Shown piece after piece: positions 31,657 to 45,105 of a stretch of 64,000 nucleotides of DNA (its first letter is position 1; each line of letters opens with the position of its first letter). Made by a program: the position numbers and the translations under genes. Origin of the DNA: Macrostomum lignano (lineage: Eukaryota); assembly GCA_002269645.1 (NCBI GenBank), contig NIVC01000112.1:1-64000 (forward strand). Direction: 5' to 3'. The notes under the pieces were generated by a model. The model made no database searches. It saw only the letters and a list, made by a program, of their open reading frames with translations, and was not told where the DNA came from.

Positions 31657-34600
31657 CTAGCAGTCCTCCCGTCCGTACATATCCTCAATCGCCTTTCTGT
31701 AGCGGTCCAGCAGCTGCCGCCGGCGCAGCTTGAACGAGTCGGTGACGAGGCCAGACTCCGGCAGCCAGGCGGTCTCAGCGCACAGGTGCACCCGGGCCGG
31801 AGTCTCGAACCGCTCCAGCCGACCCTTGGCCGCGGCGGTCAGCTCGTCTAGGGCCGCCTTTCTCAGCCGAGGGTCGGACAGCAGCGCCTCGTCCGGCTGG
31901 AGCCCGTCGCCGTTGGCGTGGCTCTGACCGCCGCCTGTGGCGTCAGTTGGCACTGGCCGGAGGCCCAGCTGTTGCGCCAGCTGCATCAGCCGGCGTCGTT
32001 TCGGCACAACCAGCAGCACCACGAAGTCGCGGCGACTGTCGGCATAGGCGCACAGCTGCTCCACAATTGGCGAGCTGCTGAGCGCCAGCTCCACCTTGCC
32101 CAGGGACACGTACTCGCCTCCCTGCGGCAATGGTTGATAGAGTTGGCATCGGGCACATCATGACACCGATAGCTCACTGATATTCCAGATTGGAACAAAG
32201 ACTAATTTGATAGCTCACTGATATTCCAGATTGGAACAAAGACTAATTTGATAGCTCACTGATGTTCCAGATTAGAACAAAGACTAATTTGATAGCTTAC
32301 TGATATTCCAGATTAGAACAAAGACTAATTTGACAGCTCACTGATATTCCAGATTAGAACAAAGACTAATTTGATAGCTCACTGATATTCCAGATTAGAA
32401 CAAAGACTAATTTGACAGCTCACTGATATTCCAGATTAGAACAAAGACTAATTTGATAGCTCACTGATATTCCAGATTAGAACAAAGACTAATTTGATAG
32501 CTCACTGATATTCCAGATTAGAACAAAGACTAATTTGATAGCTCACTGATATTCCAGATTAGAACAAAGACTAAGTTGATAACACACAGCATAAAAACAA
32601 AGACTAATTTTGACTGATAAACTATTAAACAAACAAAGACCCACCTGCAGCTTGACCAGGTCTTTCTTCCTGTCCACAATCTGCAGTCCGGCTGTCCCGG
32701 CCACCTGTCCAACATCGCCGGTGCAGAACCATCGCACGCCGCAGCCGTCAGTCCAGAAGTCTTGGCCGGTCAGCTCGGGCATTTGAAAATACCCGGCCGT
32801 TACGCAGGGCCCCCCGATGAGCAGCTCGCCTCTCGGCCACGGCTTGTCCGCCTTGGAGTAGCCGCCCTCCGGCCAGTCCCGCAGGCGCAGCAGGCAGGAG
32901 TCCAGCGGAGGCCCGGCCGAGCCCAACGGGGTGGCGGCCAGCGGCTGGTGGCCGGGCCCGGGGCTGGCCTGTATGCAGCCGGCGCCGCAGGTCTCGGTGA
33001 GGCCGAAGCCCTGCACCACCGGGCTGCCGAATGCCGACATGGCGAAGGTGTGCGTCTCGGCCGACAGCGGGGCGCCGCCGGACAGCATAAGGCGCAGCCG
33101 GCCGCCCAGGATAACGCTCACCTGCGGGAGTTTTGGTGTGGGATTTTTTGGGTGTGGGATTTTATGGTGTGGGATTTTATGGTGTGGGATTTTATGGTGT
33201 GGGATTTTATTATGTGGGATTTTTATATGGGATTTTTTGGTGTAGGATTATTTTATATAGGATTTTTTGGTGTGGGATTATTTTATATGGGATTTTTTGG
33301 TGTGGATTTTTGTATATGGGATTTTATGATGTGGGATTTTTATTTAGGATTTTTGGTGTGGGATTTTTCGATAAGGGATTTTAGATGCGGGATTTTTTTA
33401 TGTGGAATTTCGGGTGTGAGTCTTGTTTTCGAGACTTTTTTGATTCCACATCTATGGGATTTAAACGCGGAGTTTATACAATTGTATAGAGATTTCCTCA
33501 ATCGGGTCTGCTTTACATGTACATTCGTATTTTGATTTCAAATATGCGCAATACCCGGCCTTACCTTCTTAAATACCAGCCGGTCAAGCAGCGGGGTGGC
33601 CCAGCCCCGCAGTCCCCAGCGAAGTTTGTAATCCAGCGCCCAGGTCAGCAAGGCGCGCCGATGGCGCCGCGCGCCTCTGCCCGGTCGCGAACAGCGCGCG
33701 AGGCGCGGTCCAGCACTGCGGGCACGGCGGCCATCAGGCTGGGCCGCAGTGCGGTGGCGTCGCCAGGTGTGCCAGGCTTCACCTGCCGGGCAGTTTGGAG
33801 GCTTTGATCTTGCCGACAACCAATTAATTACATAACTGGAGGCTTTGATCTTGTCAATTACCAATTAGTTAAAAAAAACAGGACTTTTTGATCTTGCCGA
33901 CAACGAATTAGTTAAATAACTGGACTCTTTGATCTTGCCGACAACTAATTAGTTAGAATAACTGGACTTTTTTATCTTGCCGACAACTAATTAGTTGAAA
34001 TAACTGGACTCTTTGATTTTGCTGACAACTAATTAGTTAGAATAACTGGACTCTTTGATCTTGCCGAAAACTAATTAGTTAGAATAACTGGACTCTTTGA
34101 TCTTGCCGACAAATAATTAGTTAAAATAACTGGACTCTTTGATCTTGCCGACAACTAATTAGTTAGAATAACTGGACTCTTTGATCTTGCCGACAACTAA
34201 TTAGTATTCACCGCCAGGCAATGCCTCGCCTCACCTTATTGGACGCATCCGTCAGCGTCAGCGGGCTGCCGTAGCCGATGGCGACTCCGCAAGCCAGACA
34301 AGCCAGCTCAGCTGCCAGCTCCAGCACGTGAGCCAGCGGCAGGTAAGCCAGGTAGCTGTCATCGGCCCGACTCCCCAGCTCGGGAATTCGCCTGGCAACG
34401 CCGGCTGCCATCGCCAGCAGGTTGGCGTGGCTGATCATCACTCCCTTAGGCTGGCCCGTGCTGCCACTGGTGTACATCAGCACGGCCAGGTCGCCCGGCT
34501 CCGACACCGCCGCCGCCGCTGTATCGTCCTCCGTCGCATCGTCGACATCCTCGCCAATCAGCTGACTGAGTCCGACCAGCCGCACCGACTGTCGACTTTC

Positions 34601-36886
34601 GGCAGGCCTGCCCGACACTAGTGCCGATTCATCGCCAACTCCGCCGTCTAGGTAGATGACGCACCGGATGTTGGGCATCTGATCCAGCATCTTGGTGACC
34701 TTGTCCAGCAGGCTCAGCGAGGTCACCAGCACTGCAGCCTCCGACTGGTTGACGCCGTAGGCCAGGGCATCCTCGCCCAGGCTGGCGTACAGCGTCACCA
34801 CGGGCAGGCCGCAGCGGAAGCAGGCCTGAGCGCACAGCTGCCAGTCTGCCCGGGTCTCCGCGTACAGAGCCACCCGAACGCCGGGCCTGAGGCCGAGCTG
34901 CTGCTGCCGCTGCGAGCGGAGACTCTTGGCCAGTTGAATAACCCGACGGTGAACTGAGCGATAACTCAGCCAGCTGTAGGGGCCCAGCGACTGCTTCTTG
35001 AACTTGCGACCGTCTGGTTGAAGCTGGTGAGGGGGTTCAGATGTCGATGGCTCAGTCACGGGGTTGAGAAACTTTTCGTTATGATAGTTAGATACGCTGG
35101 GAGTCTATGATGACTCTTTGACTAAATGAGTGACTCTATGACTAACGGAGTGACTCTATGACTAACGGAGTGACTCTATGACTAACATAGTGACTCTATG
35201 ACTAACGGAGTGACTCTATGAATAACGGAGTGACTCTTTGACTAAATAAGTGACTCTATGAATAACGGAGTGACTCTATGACTAACGGAGTGACTCTATG
35301 ACTAACGGAGTGACTCTATGACTAACGGAGTGACTCTATGACTAACGGAGTGACTCTATGACTAACGGAGTGACTCTATGACTAACGGAGTGACTCTATG
35401 ACTAACGGAGTGACTCTATGAATAACGGAGCGACTCTATGACTAACAGAGTGACTCTATGACTAACGGAGCGACTCTATGACTAACAGAGTGACTCTATG
35501 ACTAACGGAGTGACTCTTATGACTAACAGAGTGACTCTATGACTAACAGAGTGACGCTATGAATAATGGAGTGACTCTTATGAATAACGGAGTGACTTTT
35601 TGACTAAATGAGTGACTCTATGAATAACGGAGTGACTATGATTACTGTAATGATTTCATGACTGCTTGGATGACTGAGACTTCATGACAATCAAATTGAC
35701 CTCATGACTATGAACTGTGGCAAACACTGACTAAATAACAAGGACTCTATAGAAATTTACAACAATCCGAATTCAATCTACGTATATTAAGCAATCAAGC
35801 CCTAAAAGCAGATTACGAGCGTACAAATAAAATCTTGATCATTTTCATTGGTTTGTAATGAAAATTTTCAAAAAGTCACCAAAAAGCCAAAAATCAAATT
35901 CAAAGTGTTCGCTAAAATATTTAGACTAAAAAATTCAGGCCAAGTGTGAATTATCAGCACACAGTTAGCTCGTACAGCAGCCCTTCAAAGCAAATTAATT
36001 GCAATTTTGAGAAGCAATTTTGCCGCTAAGCAAGCGCAGGTGAATTGCACAGCCAAACAGAGTTAATATCTGTATGTATGCAGTACCTGAACTGTCAATG
36101 GGACAGTCTGTGACTGTCTGAGCTGGTGTGCGATCTAAATCTGAAAATTTTTTATACAGTCATGTTTAATAAGGAAGATGCAGAAATGCAATTTGGGATC
36201 CAATGAATGTCTTAAATAACTGTCTGTCTGTCTGTCTGTCTGTGTGTCAGTCTGTCTTTCTGTCTGTGTCTGTCTGTCTGCCTGTCTGCCTTAGTGTCTA
36301 TCTGTCTGTCTGTCTGTCTGCCTTAGTGTCTGTCTGTCTGTCTGTCTGTCTTAGTGTACCGATCAGTCTGTCTGTAATGAAACAGTTCAGATTCAGGCCA
36401 ATTAAAAATTCAACAAACCTGCTATAAAGTTCACAAAGTCCCTCAACTATTGAACTTACAGTTACTCAAAATACGAGCAATATCAATCGACCAGCATTAG
36501 AAGCTCACCTCGTCTGCCTCCGCCAGCAGCTGCCGGGTGCCAAAGCAGCGCCGCTCGGGGTACTTGCCAGCCGCTTGATCCAGCAGATCTGCCAGATTCT
36601 CAACTCCGGCAAAGGGCCTGCTAGCCAGACAGTCAGGCACTGACTTGCCAGTCTCCGCAGCCGCCTGCGCCACAGCTGAGCTGGCCCACACAGCTGGGCA
36701 GCTGCCATCTTCATCAGTTCCCGGATAGTCAACTTTCACGGTAGCTACTACAGCCTGTTGTTTGCTACTACTAACAGTAGTCGAATTTGGCCAAAATGTC
36801 AAATTAGCGGCATAGTATAGAGGCAGTGTGACTAGACTGTACAATCCTGATACTGCATCCATAGACCAGATTAAAAAGTTTTGCAT
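31657..36886 (-). CDS. ACSL3: Long-chain fatty acyl-CoA synthetase, ACSL3/ACSL4 type, 5 exons
   Basis: Exons 36886-36509, 35023-34235 (LMYTSGSTGQPKG, YLAYLPLAHVLEL), 33782-33565 (1-nt shift near 33655), 33121-32645 (SGGAPLS, QGFGLTETCG, WFCTGDVG, IVDRKKDLVKLQ), 32121-31657 (GEYVSLGKVE..LVTDSFKLRR). ACSL3 versus ACSL4 cannot be resolved. Confidence 0.9.
32165..32590. repeat. Intronic minisatellite, 41 bp unit
   Basis: GATAGCTCACTGATATTCCAGATTAGAACAAAGACTAATTT, about ten copies. Confidence 0.93.
33130..33420. repeat. Intronic degenerate ~15 bp repeat (TGTGGGATTTT..)
   Basis: Directly visible. Confidence 0.85.
33800..34205. repeat. Intronic minisatellite, 42 bp unit
   Basis: GATCTTGCCGACAACTAATTAGTTAGAATAACTGGACTCTTT, about nine copies. 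Confidence 0.92.
35100..35640. repeat. Intronic minisatellite, 20 bp unit ACTAACGGAGTGACTCTATG
   Basis: Directly visible. Confidence 0.94.
36220..36372. repeat. (CTGT)n microsatellite in ACSL intron 1
   Basis: Directly visible. Confidence 0.9.
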
Positions 36887-39800
36887 TTTTTATTATGATT
36901 TTTATTAATGTTACCTTGCAATAATTCTGATTGTTAAATGTATTTCACATGAAATTGCAAGACAGAAGTCTGATAAGGTTTTGACTAGAGTCAATTTATG
37001 GTACTAGAAAACAACAAAAAAATATAGTAATAAATATAATACATTCAAAGCAATTTTGCTATGATAGAAAATTTCACTATGCACTTTGGTTTAAATTCAA
37101 TTGGCAAGAACTAAGATAAACAAACATAGGCCTAAGCCCATTCAAAGTTCTATTTAAATATTAGAAAGCACTTGAAAAATTCTCTTTAGATCTATTTCTT
37201 GCTAATTTTCAATATATGATTTTTTATGCATACAGTATCCAGAAAATGTCTTAAAATGAGTGGAAGGATTGTGTAGCACCTCTAATTAGGGGAGGGGTAT
37301 GGTCAGGTCAGGTGGTCACCTCCCTTCCCTAGCAAATATTTAGAATTAGTGCAACTCATTACACTAAAATCTTAAAAATTTAAATTTTATTGGTCACCCC
37401 ATGGAGAGATAAGAAAGTGGTTACCCCTAGGGGGATAAGAAGATGGTCATCCCTAGAGGAATAGGAGTGTGCCCCCCTTAGGCAGTTGAGTCACTAGGGA
37501 AGGAGGGCTATATCCCCTTTGCACTTTGCCTTTAACATAAATGCATAAAACCTCTACAATTTTACAAAACATTCCTCAAACAAAAATTTATAACATAAAA
37601 ATATAAGAACATACAGATAGAGTTAAAATCTTAAATTTTATTTTAATTAACTTGTCTTTTATATTTTTGCAAATAATCTAGGTATATAAAAGTGTTAGTT
37701 AGGCTTTGTTGAACTTTTTGAAAATCAATTTATTATTAACCATTAGAGGGAATACAAGAATTAGCAATAGACAAAAGCCTTACTAATATTTGCTAATTGC
37801 CTTTGAAAGATTTGCCCATTGAGCTTTTCTTGCCAATATTTGTCTGTAGTGAATTTTGCCCATGAATGAATTGCCCATTGATATTTACCTGCCAAGAGTT
37901 GTCTACCAAGATTTGCTCATTTTGCAATTATTCCATCATAAGTCAAATTGCCTATCAATTTTTTCCCACTGAGGTTTGCCTAGCTTTTTTTTGCAGTATT
38001 TTTAGTCACATAGCAGATGTTGTCTGCATTCTCCCTCTCCCTTCTCCCCAATGCTTAGTACCATTACTACCATAAAACCATAGGCTTAATAATAATAAGT
38101 CTTAATAAATAGATTTGGAAGACAAAGTGACATGGCATATGCATAAATTAATAGCTTACAAATGTACCCCTACATGCATATAGAATTAAATATCTATAGG
38201 CCTAAGAAAACATGTATTTGATAAGAAAATTTCTTTATTAAAACTTACTAAGCATTGCCATGGCATTGGGTGAAGAAAAAGCATTGCAGGCAAATCTCAA
38301 AATCAATTTTTGTTTATATAATTGAGTTAAATTAAATTTATTAATGCTTTTTTGCAATTAAACTTAGATAATTCAATTTATCTAAGGTTTTTATAAATGT
38401 ACATAGATTTTTAGTAATTATAGTATGAATATAAGGAGGAATGATAAATTTAATTTTTAAATAGATTGATAGATAGCCTATAGAGTTAAACTGAAAATTT
38501 TTCATTTGTTTGTGCTTTCAAGCAAAAATATTGATCTAGAAAATTCTTATCAAAACTTTAAACAATTAGACATAGGCTTAAACACTAACCTATTTAGGCA
38601 AGTTACTAATATATCTAGGCCTAGTAACATTGGGCCTATTTTATTGATTGTCAATTGAGTGGTAAGCAATGAAATGAATGATGGTTGGTCATGAGACTCA
38701 TGGCCTATGCTTTGGAAGGTTATATGATCTACTAAGTTATATATACCAGGATATACTTTGATATACACAAAAAATGGTAAGACCCTGTTGTACACTGGGA
38801 AATCTTGGCATACATGTTGCCTTCCAAACTAGGCCTATGGGTTGTTAGTAAGAATAATTTTGCCATAGGCAATTTTTTCTAGCATATCATGCTGCACACC
38901 TGCACCATCTCAACTATGGGCATGGCTCTTACCTTGACAAGCTCATTAATAACTAGGCCTATTGACAGCTAAGCTAGCACAAGGAATGGCATTTGCCATT
39001 TAATTTTAAGTATTAGCTGCATAGCATCTCCTGGAAAAAATTCAATGACTCATGGAATATGTACACTGCAATGTGACTGCATTAGACAACTAAATAATTG
39101 CAAATAAAATTGCAGTAAGCTGTAAGCAATATAAGCAATATGAACATTAAAACTATCTAAAAAGATTATTGACACTAAGCACATAAAAATAATTACTAAA
39201 TTACTTGATAGACTTAGGGGCCTAGTCTTAAAAGGTACTACACCTTTTCACATTCAATTTTGATCAAAGTCCAATTCTAAAAAAACTAGCGGAAATTCAA
39301 TTCAGACAATTTAGACTGGGGCCCAGTCTAACCCCAGTTCAAACATTCTAACCGAAGTAAGGTTTAGCCATAGACAAAATTATCCTCAGTCTGAATTGAA
39401 GTTCCAACAATGCATGATATGTAAGATCCCGTGCTCACTGCACAATTCAGAAAAAAACTGCAGGTTTTGATTTCACATGCATGTACATGTATATTAACGT
39501 ATTGATTAAATTTATTGTAATGTAATACATGTATGATTGTATGTACAATGTATGCCCAATGCTGATTTTTAACTAAACCATTGACTAACAGTAAGCATAG
39601 ACAATTGCAGTTGTATTTTTGTTGTCCATGCGTGCTATTTACGATCATCAACATTTATTCAAGAATTCCAACACTTCAAGCGACTAATTAAAAACCAAGG
39701 ACGACTTAAGTCACTTAAGTCGTCTACTTAAGTCGTCCTTGTTAAAAACATGCTTTACATACATGCAAATGTAACATGTAATTTAAAATCATGACTTCAT

Positions 39801-40611
39801 TCCAACAAAATGACTTCATACATGTACAATACATATATGCATATGTAAACTATACACATGTATTTGATACTGGTATATGTTAGGCTTTGTTAGGCTATTT
39901 TTCAACTATATTACAAGTAAAACTATACACATGTATTCAGGACGACGAATTAAATTATCTTTTAGAAAATTCAGTGATATACATGTATGTAACATGTACG
40001 AATGCATGGTTTTCTGTGAGCCTGTGAGACTGTATGATCAGACGCAGCTAACTGTTAGGACCAGTAGTGTGGTGTCCCCACCGGGGGACAGGGTGACAAT
40101 GTTCATGTACCCCCGATAAAGGCCCTGGGGGTCGACATGCCAAATACTTTAATTGTCCGTCCGCCCCATGCATCAATTGTTGTCTGTGACCGTTATGGAA
40201 ATCAATACTTCAGAGGGCGCCAATACATATGAGTGTCAGCCTATGGCGCCAAAATGATGGAAACAACGCCGATTCTGGAAATAATTGTAGGTAGCTCGTA
40301 CATGTACATGTATAAATTGCATGCATGCACTTTCATCTGTACAGCACAACGTAGTTCTGTAAATTACCCCCGCACTCACCAATAAAATTTGCAGCATTTT
40401 CATGCATACATAAGGCTGTTAGAAAAGCCGAACACCTGGAAAGTTTCATTTCTTATCTTTTTGAAAACTGATATAAAAGCGAGACAGCTATATACATGTA
40501 CATGTAGTTAAGCGGTTAACCGTGTGAGCAGTGGTAAAATCCTTGCTCAGTAGCAAATAATTAAGTCAATTCAAATAATTAATTTCGATTCTGCAACATC
40601 GCAATATGCAA

Positions 40612-40720
40612 GCATCATTGCAGCCATTATCAGTTGAACTGGACCGCATCATTGCAGCCATTATCAATTGAACTGGACCGCATCATTGCAGCCATCATCA
40701 GTTGAACTGGACCGCATCAT
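40612..40720. repeat. 34 bp unit x3 (GCATCATTGCAGCCATTATCAGTTGAACTGGACC)
   Basis: Directly visible. Confidence 0.85.
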
Positions 40721-41199
40721 TGTGTTCACACAAAGTTGCTGCAGAACTTACTTAAAAACGCTTTCGAAGTCAGTTGAGACGCATGGATCTAAGCGCAGCC
40801 CTTATATAAACTTATGTCAATTAAAATTTCTATAGGAGAGGGCATTCGAAAGTTACCGCAGACAGGCAAAAAATCTCTGAACACAACAGAATTCGAAGCT
40901 GAAAACGTTTTAGATAAGCTGGAAAAGTACAGAATGTCTGGCGCATACAAATAAGACAATGTGGATCTCGAACAATTACTGAGTGGCAAAATCTGTTCGT
41001 GCACTGAGCTCATTCGATTTAGTGATGAGAAAGAAAGTGCGAAGGCCCTGCTTGTATAAAATTGATTGACAGGTAGACCTAATGAATCACATGCGAGCAT
41101 AGCTGACTTAGTTATTGACTAGGCAGTGTGCATGACTTCCGATTGATAATGTCCGGCGATCGTTGCGTATTGAAGGAAGTTAGAAGTATGGTAAATAGG

Positions 41200-41660
41200 G
41201 AATTAGGAGAGAATTAGGAAATAGCGAGAGAGATTACGAGAGGGGAATTAAAGAGGGCGGATGAAGAAATAATTCAGTTAGGGGAATGAGAGAGGGGAAT
41301 TAGGTACGTCAATGATAGGGGTAAATAGGGTAGGGGAATAAGAAAGGGAACTCAGGCTAGGGGAATGAGAGAGGGAGCTCAGGCTAGGGGAATGAGAGAG
41401 GGAAATCAGGCTAGGAGAATGAGAGGGGAATTAGGCTAGGGGAATGAGAGAGGGAATGACAGAGGGGAATCAGGCTGGGAGAATGAGGGAGGGGAATTAG
41501 GGTAGGGGAATGAGAGAGAGGGGAATCAGGCTAGTGGAATGATAGAGGGTAATTAGGCTAAGGAAATGAGAGCGGGGATCAGACCAGAGGAGTAAGAGAG
41601 GGGAATTAGGCCAGGGGAGTAAGAGAGGGGAATCAGGCCAGGGTAATGAGAGCGGGGAAT
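41200..41660. repeat. Purine-rich degenerate repeat (GGGAATTAGGCTAGGGGAATGAGAGA)
   Basis: Directly visible just 3' of the ZDHHC gene. Confidence 0.85.
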
Positions 41661-41791
41661 TTAGATACAATGTAACGAAACGACAGGAGAATTCCGGGAA
41701 CGAGGAGAATCAGAGAATGAAAACCCAGTCAGTCAGCTGGTGACTCAACTGAAGCAACTGTGCCGATATGTATCGAAATCAAAGAAACTCT

Positions 41792-43828
41792 TCAGGCAGT
41801 CTTGGCCGGCCTGGCGAAGTCCTCGGGCATTGGCAGGGCCGGGCAGGGCCACAGAAACTGCAGCAGGCCGCAGCGGCCGAACACCCTGGCGCAGTTTCGC
41901 CTGCAGCTGCCCAGCGACATCTTCGGCGCCGACACCTCGGCGAACTCGTGCGGCGTCTGGCCGCGGCAGACCAGCAGCAGTTGGAAGAAGAAAAAATAAA
42001 AGCTCGCCAAAACGCCGAATAGCGTAGCGAATAACAGCGTCACCATGGCAACCACTGAAGCGTCGGCGTTGCCGGTAGCATACAGAACGACAGTAATGGG
42101 ATAAAAGTACATCCAGATATTCACGGACAGGGCTGGCTGGAACACCCTGGCCAGGTACAGGTACTGCAGACAGACGCACAGGCTGCTGCCCAGCAACACA
42201 TGGAGCATCAGGGGGAGGAAATGCCGGCGGTTGCACCGGCCGATGCAGCAGGCGGTGAAGAAGCAGTGGTGGTCGTGGCCGAGGACGCACACGCGGCAGA
42301 GTGGGCAGTGGTGCGCGCCGGGTGGCCTCTTGGCCCGGCAGTGCAGGCAGAACTCCGCGTTGGCCAATCCGGAGTAGCCCAGAACGGTTGAGGACCCGTT
42401 AGTTGACGCCGGAGTGCGAGCGAAGGCCGTGCTGGTGGCGCTGTTGCGGCGGGATGTGCGCAGCACAGCGAAATAGTTGGCCAGAACCTGCGGGTAGGCG
42501 GTTTTGCCGGTTATGACGCCTGGGACATTTCTTGGAAAATGAATAGATTTTTCTATGAAAAGATATATAAATCATGGGTTCTTCGAAACAAATCCGACGA
42601 TTCTTAGAAACTAACCAGACGATTCTTGGAAACCAACCTTGCTATTCTTAGAAACTAACCACATAATTCCTAGAAACTAACCACATAATTCCTAGAAACT
42701 AACCACATAATTCCTAGAAACTAACCACATAATTCCTAGAAACTAACCACATAATTCCTAGAAACTAACCACATAATTCCTAGAAACTAACCACATAATT
42801 CCTAGAAACTAACCACATAATTCCTAGAAACTAACCACATAATTCCTAGAAACTAACCTGACGATTCTTAGAAACTAACCAGACGATTCTTAGAAACTAA
42901 CCAGACGATTCTTAGAAACTAATCAGACGATTCTTAGAAACTAACCAGACGATTCTTAGAAACTAACCTGACGATTCTTGGAAACTAACCAGACGATTCT
43001 TAGAAACTAACCAGACGATTCTTAGAAACTAACCAGACGATTCTTTGAAACCAACCTTGCTATTCTTAGAAACTAACCAAATAATTCCTAGAAACTAACC
43101 AAATAATTCCTAGAAACTAACCACATAATTCCTAGAAACTAACGACATAATTCCTAGAAACTAACCTTACGATTCTTGGAAACTAACCAGACGATTCTTA
43201 GAAAATAACCAGACGATTCTTGGAAACTAACCTGACGATTCTTGGAAACTAACCTGACGATTCTTGGAAACTAACCAGACGATTCTTAGAAGCAAAAATC
43301 ACTATTCTCAGTAAGTTTACTTCAGGTTTTTGCTTCAAATTATTTGATGATTTTCATAAATCAAGTTGAACTGTTACTACGAAACGAATCTAACAGATTC
43401 TCGTGAACGAATCCAGGTGATTCTAAGAAATCGAAACGAATTAGATCGGGAAATTCTTAGAATCGAATCAGAGATTTTTTGAAGCGAATAAGATCGACTT
43501 TTAGAAACTTTTTATAGTTACTTCGAGAAAAGTAATCAGGCCGTTTCTTAGAAATAAAATAATTTTAGAGCAATTATTCATTTTTCATGGTCTTATTACT
43601 ACACTGTTCCGAAAGAGTGGAAGCTCAGGTGTCTAGATAAGATATTCTTACCTCGGCTATGACACAGTACAGCAGGAGCCGCACACAGCCCGGACTCGCC
43701 AGATCCCCATCCGCTGACAGTCTCGGCAGCACCAGCAGATCTGCGGTGAAGAAGCAGGCAGCAGTGACGCCGAAAAAGTACACCACACCGGCCGCGTTTA
43801 ACAGGTTGAGGCTGAGAGCGCGCTCCAT
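41792..43828 (-). CDS. ZDHHC22: DHHC palmitoyl-S-acyltransferase, ZDHHC22/24 type, 2 exons, ~290 aa
   Basis: Exons 43828-43652 and 42487-41792 join in phase 0. Cys-rich domain FCLHCRAKRPPGAHHCPLCRVCVLGHDHHCFFTACCIGRCNRRHF, hydrophobic segments, and a TTxE-like QTPHE. DHHCFFT favours the ZDHHC22 group. Confidence 0.85.
42590..43290. repeat. Intronic minisatellite, 22 bp unit (C/T)TAGAAACTAACC(ACATA/AGACG)ATTC
   Basis: Two variant blocks visible. Confidence 0.93.
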
Positions 43829-45105
43829 CGGTTGGCTGCTCTGCTGTTGGCCTCAACCTGAGGGTTGGGCCGCTGTAACTTGGCCGACCTAAATGCCCAG
43901 CACGGCAAAGGTATCTCAAAAAACACAATGTGGCTTTATGTCGCAATGCTTTACAGACAGAACAATGCAGAAACAGATCTGGAAAATATGAATAAGGTTT
44001 TTGGGGAAGTTAGTGGCATTGATGTACACCAGGTAAAAATGTCAACCTGTAGCTGTTAAACAGTGGTGCGGATCCCACGTACAACGTACCACGTCCCATT
44101 AAAATGGATAGTTGCGGTTTTAAGATTCAAAGACATTCATTTCAGAATTATCCTAATTAAGTCCTCGACCATACCACCGTTCTCAACTTTTCATCCTTAA
44201 GTCTAAAAACCGCCTCAAAAATTCATCAACAGAAGCCTTTGTAGAAATGCATGCAATGAAGAAAAGACCCGATCGTTAGATTCATTTGAGTCATCAAAGT
44301 AAAAAAGACAAGGAGATTAGAGAAGAGATGAAGAGAGAGAAAGCAGATTAACGTCAACTCCGGGAGCCCAATTATCTGCACCTGGCAACAGAGATTGCTA
44401 ATTAGCAGGATTATTACTAGAATGCATGACAGTGTTCAGCGTTTCACCGAGGTGAATGACACGAGTGAAGGATCAGCTCTATATATGCACACTATTTATA
44501 ACAATGCATATTAATCAATGAGGCTCGTCTCTCAACAATGCAGCTCAAACTGTGACTTCTTGCCCTCAGCTGCCCCTGGAGGACTGGCAGACCTGAAGTC
44601 CTTGACGAGTGGGTGGAAGAGACGTCAATCAGAGCGGGATAGGGAGGCCAACTTAGGGCGGATAAGCTCGGCTTATTATTCACGGTTAAGAGGAGCCCCG
44701 GAGGATGAGAAGATGAGGCAGGCAGCCAGGCTCATCATCGCCTACTCAGTCCTCTCTGCTCCCAGTCTCTTTCCCTCGGGGGGAAGGGAGCTAGCTCGGG
44801 TCGAATTGAGACGCCTAACTTATCAGTTTCCAGTGCCTCCTCTATCTCAACCTTTATATCTGCTGCCCCTAGAAGCCTCGCTCAACCTTTTTTGCAAGAG
44901 CGCGACGGGCCCTCCTGGCCACGGAGCTCTCCAATTGGGCGATTCACGGGGCAGCAGAGAAAGCCAAAAAAGAAAAACAGTGGCGGATAGGCAAATGGAT
45001 AAGAGATAAGAGGAACGAAAAAGAGATTTGTGACGCACCGGATAACTGTATCGAAGTCAAAGCTCCGCTGTTAGCCAGCGATACCCGATCGATTGCTTGC
45101 AAACG

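Noticed and set aside
44518-45009. 163-aa ORF upstream of the GPCR
   Set aside because: No recognisable motif and no clear splice link; probably 5' flank or UTR, at most a uORF.
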